From: a virus
Taxonomy: Duplodnaviria; Caudoviricetes
DNA: 29,719 nt
Virus record (IMG/VR): IMGVR_UViG_3300012952_000008
Span: 1-29,719 of that record
Reading direction: 5' to 3' (one strand)
Made by a program: the position numbers and the translations under genes
In this document: positions 1-7,936 of the stretch, in pieces
Layout of the letters: each line of letters starts with the position of its first letter
How positions within the stretch are numbered: position 1 is the first letter of the stretch
The notes under the pieces: generated by a model
What the model was told of the DNA's origin: nothing
Seen by the model: the letters and a program-made list of their open reading frames with translations, nothing else
Database searches by the model: none

Positions 1-123
1 CGGCCATCGGGTCGTCAAAGGATACCTTCGGGGTGGTCAGGGTGTCAGAGCCCGAGCCGCCCAGGTCGCCCAGGCGGACCATGGTCTGTCGGAGGTCGGT
101 GCGGTCCACGAGATTCTCGTGGA
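1..123. repeat. Terminal direct repeat, left copy (circular assembly overlap)
   Basis: 1-123 is identical to 29597-29719 and lies inside the capsid ORF, which reads through the join in frame. Confidence 0.95.
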
Positions 124-208
124 TCAAGCTGTTGAAGATCTCAGCCGCCCGCATATCCCGGGCGCTGCCTGGAGACGCTGCGGTCCCTAGGGTGAGTTCG
201 TTTGCCAT
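1..208 (-). CDS. Major capsid protein, 5' part (continues across the circular join to 28866)
   Basis: ATG at 208 with GGAG 8 nt upstream; reads MANELTLGTAASPGSARDMRAAEIFNSLIHENLVDRTDLRQTMVRL, in frame with the 28866..29705 ORF. Total 312 aa, directly after the scaffold gene. Confidence 0.85.
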   Translation of the reverse strand, partial: MANELTLGTAASPGSARDMRAAEIFNSLIHENLVDRTDLRQTMVRLGDLGGSGSDTLTTPKVSFDDPMA

Positions 209-360
209 TGTTCATTCTCCAGGCGCCACGGGGCGCTCTTTTGTGTTTCGTTGTCTCGCCCTGTCGGGAGGCGTCCCCGTGTCCCCCTTCGCCCGTTGTG
301 GCCGGCGGCGCCCGGTGGGGGGTGCAATGTGTAGACAATAAGGGGCCGCCCTGGCCCTGG

Positions 361-999
361 TCAATTGAAAGGCCAGCCCCCCGCACCGTTGGACAGCGCG
401 GCCTGCAGTGCAGCCTTCCGGGCCTCCCTGGGAAGGGATGCGATGCTGCCGGGTGTGTAGGCCTGGGCAGCGGCGGGCGTAGGGACGGCTCCGGCGTTCG
501 CGGCGGGTGCAGGTGGGGCCGAGGGCTCGGCGGCGCTCTGGGGTGCCTCTACGGGAGCCACAGGGGCAGCGGCGGGCGCGGCGACCTGGGCAGGAGCCGC
601 AGGGGCTGCAGCCTCCCCGGACAGGTACGGACGCAGCACAGCCGACGGGGCCTCCTGCTGGGTGCCCCACCAGTCGCCCCACTCCTGGGCGCCCTCGGTG
701 CCTGCCTGCTGGTGGTACCGGTGCAGGGCGTAGTCCCGGACCTCGGGATCTGTGACGCCCGCCGACACCATGGCCAGGTGCGCTTCCCCCGTCTGGCGCT
801 GGTCTTGTAGCTGGGCGGTGAGCGCGTCCCGCTCCGTGCGCAGCTCGACAGCGATCTCCGCGTCTCGTTGCCAGGCCTTGGCGCTGGCCTCCAGCTCCTG
901 GTGCTGGCCCTGGAGCGCGGCCAGTGCGGCTTCTGCCTCCTTGGCGCGGGCCAGGACGGCGTCAAATCGAGGCTTCGGGATCGTGGTCTCTTCGGTCAT
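361..999 (-). CDS. Capsid scaffolding protein
   Basis: Between portal and capsid. N-terminal IPKPRFDAV followed by coiled coil, then an Ala/Pro-rich linker. ATG 999 has GGGAGAG upstream. Confidence 0.7.
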   Translation of the reverse strand: MTEETTIPKPRFDAVLARAKEAEAALAALQGQHQELEASAKAWQRDAEIAVELRTERDALTAQLQDQRQTGEAHLAMVSAGVTDPEVRDYALHRYHQQAGTEGAQEWGDWWGTQQEAPSAVLRPYLSGEAAAPAAPAQVAAPAAAPVAPVEAPQSAAEPSAPPAPAANAGAVPTPAAAQAYTPGSIASLPREARKAALQAALSNGAGGWPFN

Positions 1000-1013
1000 G
1001 TTGTCTCTCCCTC

Positions 1014-2480
1014 TCACTCTGCGGCGGGATACACCCGTCGCTCTCTCTGTACTAGGTCAAGATGGGCCTGCGCCTCCTCGCGCGTCCACCCGGGGTTTTT
1101 AGCCAGGACGACGTCCACCAGGGACGCCACGCCCAACGAGATTTCCGCCCGTGCCTCCTCCAGGCGCACGGACCGCTCCTGAGGCGTCAGCGGAATCCCC
1201 GGGTAGCGCAGCCGCCAGCCCGTCTCGGGGTAGCTCGTGCCTCGGTACCGGTTGAGCAAGGCAGCGATCCGGGACAGGGTGCCGCGGTCGCCCCGCTCGA
1301 ACTCGGGCACCATGATCCGTTGCTGCTCGCGCACGGCCTCCCGCTTGAGGGCAATCGCGACCCCAGACTCGGGCCCGCCCACCCGCTGCATGTCGTCGGG
1401 CTGTAGCCCCCCGTGGGCCGCGCTCCGGATCTCGTAGGAATCGATCGCGATCTGCATTCGCTCCGGGTCTGCGCCTGCCTGCCACTGCCCGGCCTGGACA
1501 GGGGTTCCGCCGTCCGGGATCAGCTGCAGGATCGCCGTGGGATCCACGTGGACCTCTTGGCGGGTGGTGCTGCCGCTGCCGCGTTGCTCCGTGCCTCGGA
1601 TCTTGGCTCCGGAAAGGTAGCGGAGGGGGTGCGAGGCGTCCCGCACCAAGTAGCCCCAAAGCGAGTACAGGGCCCCCACCTGTAGCGTCGCGTCTACCAG
1701 CTCACGGCCCGCGAATGGGTCCCACAGTTGGTTGCCCCGCTGGCGGTGGTAGAGCACGTACGGGATCACCGGCTCGCCCTCGACCCTGTAGGGGTAGTCC
1801 GGGCCCGTGAACGTCCCGCCCAGGACCTGCTTCGTGAGGTCGGCTTGTGGGTTGTCGACGTCCAGATCGTCCCCCGGGAGGACCACGCGATAGCTGGGCT
1901 CCTCGGGGTTGCGGATGTCCAGGAGGTCCCAGGTCCAGACCTTGGAGCGCTTGCCGGTGTGGTCTTTTATGACACGCACCCGGGCCTCGCACACGAGGTT
2001 GGGCTCATCCGGGCTGTCGGCGCTTGCCTCGCAGTAGACCAGATCGGCCGGCACCAGTCGCACCTGTGCCCGCCCGGTGTCGCCTTGGTCCAGGTAGTCC
2101 AGGCGCACCAGGGACTCCCGGAGCCCGACGGTGAAAACCTGATTCTGTGACAAGAGAGGCCACAGCCCCGCCGACGTCAGCTCCCGGCCAAACTCCGCGG
2201 CCTGGTCCTCGCTCATGTCGGCATGTGTCACCGAGGGCGGGTAGCTGTAGAGCTGGGACAATCCACGAGTGACAGACCGGAAGACATTCCGCGACAAGTC
2301 CAGAGCGCCAAACCGGGCGACTGACGTGGGGGGAAAGAAGGCCCGCACCCGAGCCTCCAGGTCCTGCTCCCAGTTGCCTTGCAGCATCCGCCGACGGAGG
2401 GCGCTATGGGCTCGTCTCTGCTGGTCCCCGTCCCCAGTGGGCAGAGGCACGACCGAGGATTGTGCCGTGTAATAGTGCAT
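1014..2480 (-). CDS. Portal protein
   Basis: 488 aa, immediately after terL and before the scaffold; size and synteny, with an ESGVAI motif resembling SPP1-like portals. Confidence 0.8.
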   Translation of the reverse strand: MHYYTAQSSVVPLPTGDGDQQRRAHSALRRRMLQGNWEQDLEARVRAFFPPTSVARFGALDLSRNVFRSVTRGLSQLYSYPPSVTHADMSEDQAAEFGRELTSAGLWPLLSQNQVFTVGLRESLVRLDYLDQGDTGRAQVRLVPADLVYCEASADSPDEPNLVCEARVRVIKDHTGKRSKVWTWDLLDIRNPEEPSYRVVLPGDDLDVDNPQADLTKQVLGGTFTGPDYPYRVEGEPVIPYVLYHRQRGNQLWDPFAGRELVDATLQVGALYSLWGYLVRDASHPLRYLSGAKIRGTEQRGSGSTTRQEVHVDPTAILQLIPDGGTPVQAGQWQAGADPERMQIAIDSYEIRSAAHGGLQPDDMQRVGGPESGVAIALKREAVREQQRIMVPEFERGDRGTLSRIAALLNRYRGTSYPETGWRLRYPGIPLTPQERSVRLEEARAEISLGVASLVDVVLAKNPGWTREEAQAHLDLVQRERRVYPAAE

Positions 2481-3889
2481 CAGCGGACCGCCAATCTATG
2501 CGCGCCCCGGGCTCGGGGGTCGAGTACGTCTACCAGAGCATACCTCAGGGCGTCGATCGCATGCGTGAGGTCTGCGTCCTTGCCCGTCTTGCCTCCCCGC
2601 CAATGTGACAGGCCGCGGATCAGGTGCTCGCATCTAGGAGACACAAACAGCCGCCCCGAGAGGAGGGCGTTTTGTATCACACGAGCGCCCATCGACACGG
2701 ACCCGGCGCCTTTCTTGGCTCCTATGATGCGGACCGGCGGGCGGCTTGTGGGCATGTTGAGGCAGCGCGCGATCGCCTCCTCCATCAGGCGGTTCACGCT
2801 GGCCAGGTGCGACGCCTTGCCCGCGCTGTTGGTGTCACCGTGCAGCCTGTCCACGCTGGCAACGGAAAGCCCGTTGCGGTCCAGCATCTGCAGGGCCTGC
2901 AGGGCGTCTTGGTCGATCGTGGTCCTGCCTGGGCTGGCGCACTCGTCCAGCACCCAGGCCCGGCGCTCGTCCTCGTCGTAGGCGTAGAGGAGGCACAGCT
3001 CCCGGCCGGCGTCCTCCCCGTGGTCCCAGGCCATCCCGATCCGGACTTCGTGCGACGGTAGGTGGTCCTCTGTGAGGAGGCATTGCGGGCCCCAGCCGGT
3101 GAACATCCGTTCGGTAGTGACGCCCCGCCACGCGCCGTTGACTCGTTGATCGTACTCCCCGGGCAGGTACCCCGCCGCTTGCTCCCGGATGGACTCGGGC
3201 GAGCGGTGCGGGCAGTCCTCGGGCGTGAGACGGATCACCACCTGATCCCACTCCTCGGTCGGGGGCTCGTCGTCTGTGCCCTCGACCATTTTTCGCAACC
3301 AGTCAACGGGCCGGCCGATCGGGGTAAATGTCATCCACACGGGAGCCCGTGCACCGCTCGGGAGCCGTCGCACTGCGACACGGGACAGGGCCTCGCCGAA
3401 GTGCTGGGACATGCAGATCTCATCGATCCACAGCCAGGACACAGAGGCGGACGCCAGCGCCACGATCTCACCCTTCCCGGAGCGGAATTCGATCAGGCTT
3501 CCGTTCTTCAGCTCGATCGCCTTGCGGCCCCGTGTGCGGTAGCCCCTGGCGGTGTCGTAGGTGGTGGCGTCCGACAGCAGCGGGCCGGGCTCGGTCTCTC
3601 TCAGCTTGCGGCAGATCGTGGGGTAGTGATTCTCCAGATCGGCCACCAGGATCCAGCCGACACAGGGCGCGGCCGGGGTCTCCCGGTAGGGGTGGCTTCC
3701 TGTCGCATTGGCCCAGGCCTCGGCCGAGCCTGAGAAGCTTTTGCCCACCTGGTTGGCTGCCCTTAGCAGGCGGCGGGGGCTCTGGCTTTTATGGAACGCC
3801 AGCTGCTTGGGGCTGGCCCGGTCCCAGTACAGCGCCAGGCGGTCGGCGCTGTAGGTGTCAAGCATGCGACACAAGGCGGCGAAGCTCAC
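2480..3889 (-). CDS. terL: Terminase large subunit
   Basis: Walker A AANQVGKS, Walker B WLWIDE, motif III TFTP, nuclease acidic residues (AWDHG; THAIDALRYA). Confidence 0.93.
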   Translation of the reverse strand: MSFAALCRMLDTYSADRLALYWDRASPKQLAFHKSQSPRRLLRAANQVGKSFSGSAEAWANATGSHPYRETPAAPCVGWILVADLENHYPTICRKLRETEPGPLLSDATTYDTARGYRTRGRKAIELKNGSLIEFRSGKGEIVALASASVSWLWIDEICMSQHFGEALSRVAVRRLPSGARAPVWMTFTPIGRPVDWLRKMVEGTDDEPPTEEWDQVVIRLTPEDCPHRSPESIREQAAGYLPGEYDQRVNGAWRGVTTERMFTGWGPQCLLTEDHLPSHEVRIGMAWDHGEDAGRELCLLYAYDEDERRAWVLDECASPGRTTIDQDALQALQMLDRNGLSVASVDRLHGDTNSAGKASHLASVNRLMEEAIARCLNMPTSRPPVRIIGAKKGAGSVSMGARVIQNALLSGRLFVSPRCEHLIRGLSHWRGGKTGKDADLTHAIDALRYALVDVLDPRARGAHRLAVR

Positions 3890-4353
3890 CCGTCACCCGT
3901 GAGCGTTTCCGCCAGCTTGCGGCGCACCGGCTCCGGCAGCTCCTGCAGCCGCTGGATCACGTCGTCCAGGCTGGCCGGCTCGTCAGCCTGGTGGGTGAGG
4001 GTGGCCGCGTCCTGATACACCCCGAGCACCCGACCCTCGATGCTCAGGAGGGAGGCGACAGGCCCGAAGCTCTCCGCCTCCCGTGCTGCCTGTGCGTGTT
4101 CCCGGACACGGATCAGAAACTCCCCCCGGGTCAGCTCCCGATCGATCGACCGGTACCCCTCGGCGATCTCGTCTAGCACCTGCCGCCGCCAGGCCTTGAC
4201 CGTCTCTTCCCCCACCCCGTAGAGGCTCGCCAGGTCCCGGCAGACCTTGCCCGACCATCCTCGCCGCTCGATCGCACTCTCGACTGCGTCCAGGCGCTGG
4301 CGCATCTGTTTTTTGGTGGTCATAGCTGGGTCATCCCGTCTGGGGCGTATCAC
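3886..4353 (-). CDS. terS: Probable terminase small subunit (HTH); start may be 4323
   Basis: Overlaps the terL start; HTH-like segment CRDLASLYGVGEETVKAWRR; helical C-terminal half. Confidence 0.6.
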   Translation of the reverse strand: MIRPRRDDPAMTTKKQMRQRLDAVESAIERRGWSGKVCRDLASLYGVGEETVKAWRRQVLDEIAEGYRSIDRELTRGEFLIRVREHAQAAREAESFGPVASLLSIEGRVLGVYQDAATLTHQADEPASLDDVIQRLQELPEPVRRKLAETLTGDG

Positions 4354-4374
4354 ATTCTCGAGCCGGTGTAAACA

Positions 4375-4941
4375 CTACCGCCACGAGAGCCCGGGAACGA
4401 TCCTAGCTGGTCCGGTGTGCCCCTGTCGCCAAACAAACCAGCCATAAGCCGCGGAGTCGGTCGCTCCTCGCCTGGTGACGGACGAGACGAAAGACGGCCG
4501 CTGGGCCAGCACGTAGACGGTGTGAAGGCACGCCCCAGGACCTGCCCAGAATGGGATCCGCTTGCGGCTCTCCAGCATCCCCAGGCGCAGGAGGAAGGCC
4601 ACGCCGACGGTTGCCACCCGGAGCGCGTGTCGGGTGTGCTCCTCTGCCTCCCCATAGGGCGGATTTCCGACGATCCAGGACGGCCGCGGGACCTTGGGGT
4701 CCCACTCCTGCAGAAACTCCCGACACAGGGCCCCACGCTGAGATACGGCGATCGATTGGGGGTCGATGTCGGAGGCCGTGACCTGGCACCCCATGACCTC
4801 CAGGGAGTCGAGAAACGCAGCCCCGCCAGCGTGCGGCTCCAGGACGTCCGGAGGGTCTCCCCAGTGGTCGTCCGCCAGCACATGCACGAGGGCACGAGCC
4901 AGGGCGATCGGGGTGTAGTAGCGGTCGAGGTCCTCGGGCAC
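4375..4941 (-). CDS. Orphan amino-DNA methyltransferase (N6-A or N4-C)
   Basis: DRYYTP, SAM-binding motif I LEPHAGGAAF, catalytic GNPPY; no adjacent restriction nuclease. Confidence 0.8.
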   Translation of the reverse strand: MPEDLDRYYTPIALARALVHVLADDHWGDPPDVLEPHAGGAAFLDSLEVMGCQVTASDIDPQSIAVSQRGALCREFLQEWDPKVPRPSWIVGNPPYGEAEEHTRHALRVATVGVAFLLRLGMLESRKRIPFWAGPGACLHTVYVLAQRPSFVSSVTRRGATDSAAYGWFVWRQGHTGPARIVPGLSWR

Positions 4942-4953
4942 CTGCGGAGCGTG

Positions 4954-5592
4954 CTACAGCTTCCGCGCCCTGTCAATGATCCACTGCGGGACCTCCGGTG
5001 GCACCGTGGACCACCTCCCGGGCATGCTGTGGACGTTGGAAACGGGCCGCCCTCGCTCCTGTGCCTCGTTGGCTCGCTGGCCCCCGTCAGCACACCCGCA
5101 CGAGATGGCCCCGGACTTGCCCGGCTCGTGACGGTCGAACACGATCCGCCACCCGGTGCCCAGGCAGTCCCTGCATCCGCCGCTGGCACGCCTCTCGCGC
5201 CTCTGGTCCCTCTGGACGGACCCAACAGCCCGCACAAGGTCCGAGACCTCCACAATGCCCCTCTTGGCCCCGTCTCGGGCTCTGTCGTCGATGATCAGAT
5301 CAAGCGCGGCCTGGAGACGGTCCAGCGGAAGCCGGGAGACGTCCTTCCGGGTGGCCCAGTCGTAGGCGTGGCCGGCGAACGAGTCCCGGCGCCTGCTGAG
5401 CTGGTAGACCGCCCAGTCCAGGATCATCGTCCGGCGCAGATCGGTCTGCTCGTGCACGGTGCACAGCGTCGACCCGGGCCGGGCCTGGTGTCGGCACCTG
5501 TAGCCGTCGCCGTAGCGGACCACGGTCCCGGCGTCGGTGCCTCGGGGTTGCTCTCCTGGGGGGATGTGCTTGTGCCATTCGCAAGCGGGCAT
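4954..5592 (-). CDS. Hypothetical Zn-binding protein, possibly replication or late-regulation related
   Basis: 212 aa, GGAG RBS; N-terminal C..C..CxxH and C-terminal CRDCLGTG...CGC clusters. Confidence 0.55.
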   Translation of the reverse strand: MPACEWHKHIPPGEQPRGTDAGTVVRYGDGYRCRHQARPGSTLCTVHEQTDLRRTMILDWAVYQLSRRRDSFAGHAYDWATRKDVSRLPLDRLQAALDLIIDDRARDGAKRGIVEVSDLVRAVGSVQRDQRRERRASGGCRDCLGTGWRIVFDRHEPGKSGAISCGCADGGQRANEAQERGRPVSNVHSMPGRWSTVPPEVPQWIIDRARKL

Positions 5593-5829
5593 GATGCTCC
5601 AGTGGGGACAGGGGGAAGGAGGGGGGGACTATAGGGGGGGTGGTTGAGGGTATGGGGTGCGGTTCTCAGGTTCTAGGCTTGGACCTGGTGCGGTCTTGTT
5701 TTCTTTTATTTTTAAATAATAAAAGGATTTCAGGGGTTTAGAAGCACAGAGGCACCACAAGCGCGGCCCAGAGGACGAACGCCCCGGCCACTGCCTGTGC
5801 TACCTCTGCGGCTGTCATCTCGTGCCAGC
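5593..5829. other. Non-coding control region: G-tracts, AT-rich patch and long hairpin; candidate origin or late promoter region
   Basis: Largest gene-free gap. AT-rich 5696-5730 with inverted repeat CTTTTATT/AATAAAAG; 64-nt hairpin 5746-5809; G-runs 5604-5657. Confidence 0.4.
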
Positions 5830-6159
5830 TCATGCGGCCACCTGCGCCAGCTCGGAAGCGTGGTGAGAGACCAGAGACTCAAGATCGGCGTGCAGCTCCT
5901 CCAGAAGCTCGGCCGCCGCTTCCTCGTAGTCGTCGTCTGCGTAGCCGGATCCGATCGCGTCGTCGATCTCGGGGATCGTGGTCAGCTCAAGATGACTCTG
6001 TATGTCGCCCAAGGCGTCTTCTTCTTCTTCGGTGTGGTCGCAATCGGAGATCGCCAGCTCTACGACGTTGAGGAGGCCCTCAGCATCAAGAAATGCCTGG
6101 GAGATATCGGCGAGGTCGAAGGTGGCAAGGGCGGTGGACAGCTTGGCGATCGTGTTCAT
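5830..6159 (-). CDS. Very acidic small protein (candidate DNA mimic / anti-defence)
   Basis: 109 aa from ATG 6159 with AGGAG RBS and its own promoter; about 28 D/E, 1 K, 0 R by manual count. Confidence 0.7.
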   Translation of the reverse strand: MNTIAKLSTALATFDLADISQAFLDAEGLLNVVELAISDCDHTEEEEDALGDIQSHLELTTIPEIDDAIGSGYADDDYEEAAAELLEELHADLESLVSHHASELAQVAA

Positions 6160-6257
6160 GTCTCGGCTCCTGTGGGGTGCATCCGTTGCCCCCTTCATGT
6201 TCCACAGTATGGACACCCTCCCCAGTGGTGTCAACAGGAAAGTGCATGTGCGATCGC
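6160..6257 (-). promoter_or_regulatory. Conserved expression module 1 (sigma70 promoter, ACGGA hairpin, SD)
   Basis: TTGACA (6234-6229), 17 nt, CATACT (6211-6206); leader GGGGGCA-ACGGA-TGCACCCC-ACAGGAG. Confidence 0.8.
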
Positions 6258-6258
6258 C

Positions 6259-6289
6259 TTGACATGCAGACACACTGCAGGCACACTGC
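6259..6289 (+). promoter_or_regulatory. Divergent promoter of the RHH gene with tandem direct repeats
   Basis: TTGACA 6259-6264, 17 nt, CACACT 6282-6287; overlapped by TGCAGACACAC-TGCAGGCACAC-TGC. Confidence 0.6.
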
Positions 6290-6307
6290 CCCCAAGGAGT
6301 CCACACC

Positions 6308-6571
6308 ATGAGCACCGAAGAGCAGCAGAAGGCCCGAACCCCCAAGCGTATCCGCAAGGTGGTCAGCATCACCGTGCACCCCAAGGCCCTGGAGGCCCTG
6401 GACCAGCGCGCGGCCGATCTCGAGATCTCCCGATCCCGCATGATCGAACGGCTGGCCCTGGCCCACTGTCGGGACGACTGGAGCGGCCCCGAGGCGATCG
6501 ACGTCCGGGTGAGCTACCACCCCGGGGAGGGGCTGCGCCTGCACAAGGCACGCAAGCGCCCGGCCGTGTAG
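6308..6571 (+). CDS. Ribbon-helix-helix (CopG/Arc-like) DNA-binding regulator
   Basis: RKVVSITVHPKALEALDQRAADLEISRSRMIERL fits the RHH strand-helix-helix pattern; AAGGAG RBS. Confidence 0.8.
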   Translation: MSTEEQQKARTPKRIRKVVSITVHPKALEALDQRAADLEISRSRMIERLALAHCRDDWSGPEAIDVRVSYHPGEGLRLHKARKRPAV

Positions 6572-6591
6572 GGTAGGGGGCGGAGGTCCCC

Positions 6592-6870
6592 ATGCCGCAG
6601 ATCACCTACGCCGGGGAGCGCTTCGAGGGTTACAACAAGCCCAAGCGCACGCCCAAGCACCCCACCAAGAGCCATGCCGTCCTGGTCAAGCAGGGAGACA
6701 CGATCAAGTTGGTCCGGTTTGGCCAGCAAGGCGCCAAGGGCAGCCCCTACCGCAAGGGGGAGAGCGCGGCCAACCGTGAGCGGCGGCGGGCTTGGAAAAG
6801 GCGACACGCCGACAACATCGCCCGCGGCCCTCTGTTTCCGGCATACTGGGCCGACCGCGTCAAATGGTGA
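6592..6870 (+). CDS. Conserved basic phage protein of unknown function (DUF5754/DUF6321-like)
   Basis: GYNKPKRTP..HPTKSH..VRFGQQG..RRH..AYWADRVKW pattern recalled from aquatic phage proteins; GGAGG RBS. Family name is from memory. Confidence 0.65.
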   Translation: MPQITYAGERFEGYNKPKRTPKHPTKSHAVLVKQGDTIKLVRFGQQGAKGSPYRKGESAANRERRRAWKRRHADNIARGPLFPAYWADRVKW

Positions 6871-6882
6871 GGAGATGCCCCA

Positions 6883-7170
6883 ATGACCAACCCAACGACC
6901 CCCCGATCTCTTGCTGCCCTGTTTCCGCTCTTGCACAAGCTCCCCGAGCCAGTGCAGGACGCGATCGCGGTGGCTCTCCTGGCCATGATTGTGATCCCTG
7001 GGTTGGCGTCTACGGCTCGGATCTCCGCTGACATATGGCAGGGCGACCGGGAGCCCCACGACTACCCCGGATCCCCTGTCAAGGCTGGGAAGTCTGCGGT
7101 TGACGACCTTGGGGACTGGGTGGGCCTGGGGGGTGACGACGACGACAGCGCGGAGGCTTCCGCGGAGTAG
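6883..7170 (+). CDS. Hypothetical membrane protein
   Basis: GAGGAG RBS; hydrophobic stretch AIAVALLAMIVIPGLA; acidic tail. Confidence 0.55.
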   Translation: MTNPTTPRSLAALFPLLHKLPEPVQDAIAVALLAMIVIPGLASTARISADIWQGDREPHDYPGSPVKAGKSAVDDLGDWVGLGGDDDDSAEASAE

Positions 7171-7171
7171 T

Positions 7172-7269
7172 GCGATCGCCTGGTGGCCCTGTGTGTTGAC
7201 AGTGTGTGTACTGTCTGTCATTCTGTCGACACAGTGAGGGGCAACGGGTGCCCCCAGGAGAACCAGACC
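7172..7269 (+). promoter_or_regulatory. Conserved expression module 2
   Basis: GCGATCGC; TTGACA 7196-7201, 17 nt, CATTCT 7219-7224; hairpin GGGGCA-ACGGG-TGCCCC; CAGGAG. Confidence 0.75.
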
Positions 7270-7494
7270 ATGAGCATCGAAGACAACATCGCCCTCCTCC
7301 GCCTCGTCGACAGCTACAGCGTTCACAGCGCAGACCTCCCCACGATGGGCGAGCGCCTGGCCCTGGATCGCCTGGTCGCCCTCGGCGTGGCCTCCAGCAC
7401 CTGGGCAGCCGGCGGCGGGTCCATGGGCCAGCTGTACTCCCGCGGTCCGCTTTTCTGGGATGCGGTCGACGCGCTGGACGAGGTGGCGGCATGA
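7270..7494 (+). CDS. Hypothetical protein (74 aa)
   Basis: ATG 7270 after the module 2 SD; first of five overlapping small ORFs. Confidence 0.7.
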   Translation: MSIEDNIALLRLVDSYSVHSADLPTMGERLALDRLVALGVASSTWAAGGGSMGQLYSRGPLFWDAVDALDEVAA

Positions 7495-7745
7495 GCGCCG
7501 CAAACCAGGCCCTTAGGGAGGCCGCCGAGCAGGTCCCCGATCTCCTGTGCTTGATGGTGCTTGTCGGGGGCGCCGCCCAGATGGTGCTGCTGAGGCCTCC
7601 GCAGCTGGGCGCCATCCTGGCGCACTCGGACCGCTTGGGGCTGCCTCTGCCCTGGCAGCGGATCAACCTTCCGAGTGGCCCGGGGATCATGATCTACGGT
7701 GACGGCCTAGAGGCCCTCTGCACGGCCAACGAGGCGACATCATGA
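7491..7745 (+). CDS. Hypothetical protein (84 aa)
   Basis: ATGA overlap with the upstream ORF; GAGG RBS. Confidence 0.6.
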   Translation: MSAANQALREAAEQVPDLLCLMVLVGGAAQMVLLRPPQLGAILAHSDRLGLPLPWQRINLPSGPGIMIYGDGLEALCTANEATS

Positions 7746-7936
7746 GCACAGAGGACAAGCAACCCACCCCGATCATCCCTCGGGAGACGGCGATCCACAT
7801 GCTGCAGCGTGTCCAGCTGGCCGCGTCTGTGGTCGTGGCCGCGGCGCACTGGGCGGAGATGCCATCGAGCCGCAGAAGGCGTGGGCAGCTCCTGGACACG
7901 ATTGATGCCCTCTCGGACCACGTGGGGCTGTCGTGA
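7742..7936 (+). CDS. Hypothetical protein (64 aa)
   Basis: ATGA overlap; GAGG RBS. Confidence 0.6.
   Translation: MSTEDKQPTPIIPRETAIHMLQRVQLAASVVVAAAHWAEMPSSRRRRGQLLDTIDALSDHVGLS

Noticed and set aside
230-300. c-di-GMP-I riboswitch upstream of the capsid gene
   Set aside because: Only loose GGGCGAA...GGGACGC similarity; the GNRA/receptor and GCAAA elements are missing.
2379-5634. Long antisense ORFs (e.g. 4417-5634 +, 3328-4176 +, 22356-23312 +)
   Set aside because: Shadow frames of GC-rich genes: Arg/Pro/Gly-rich, no RBS, opposite to motif-bearing genes.
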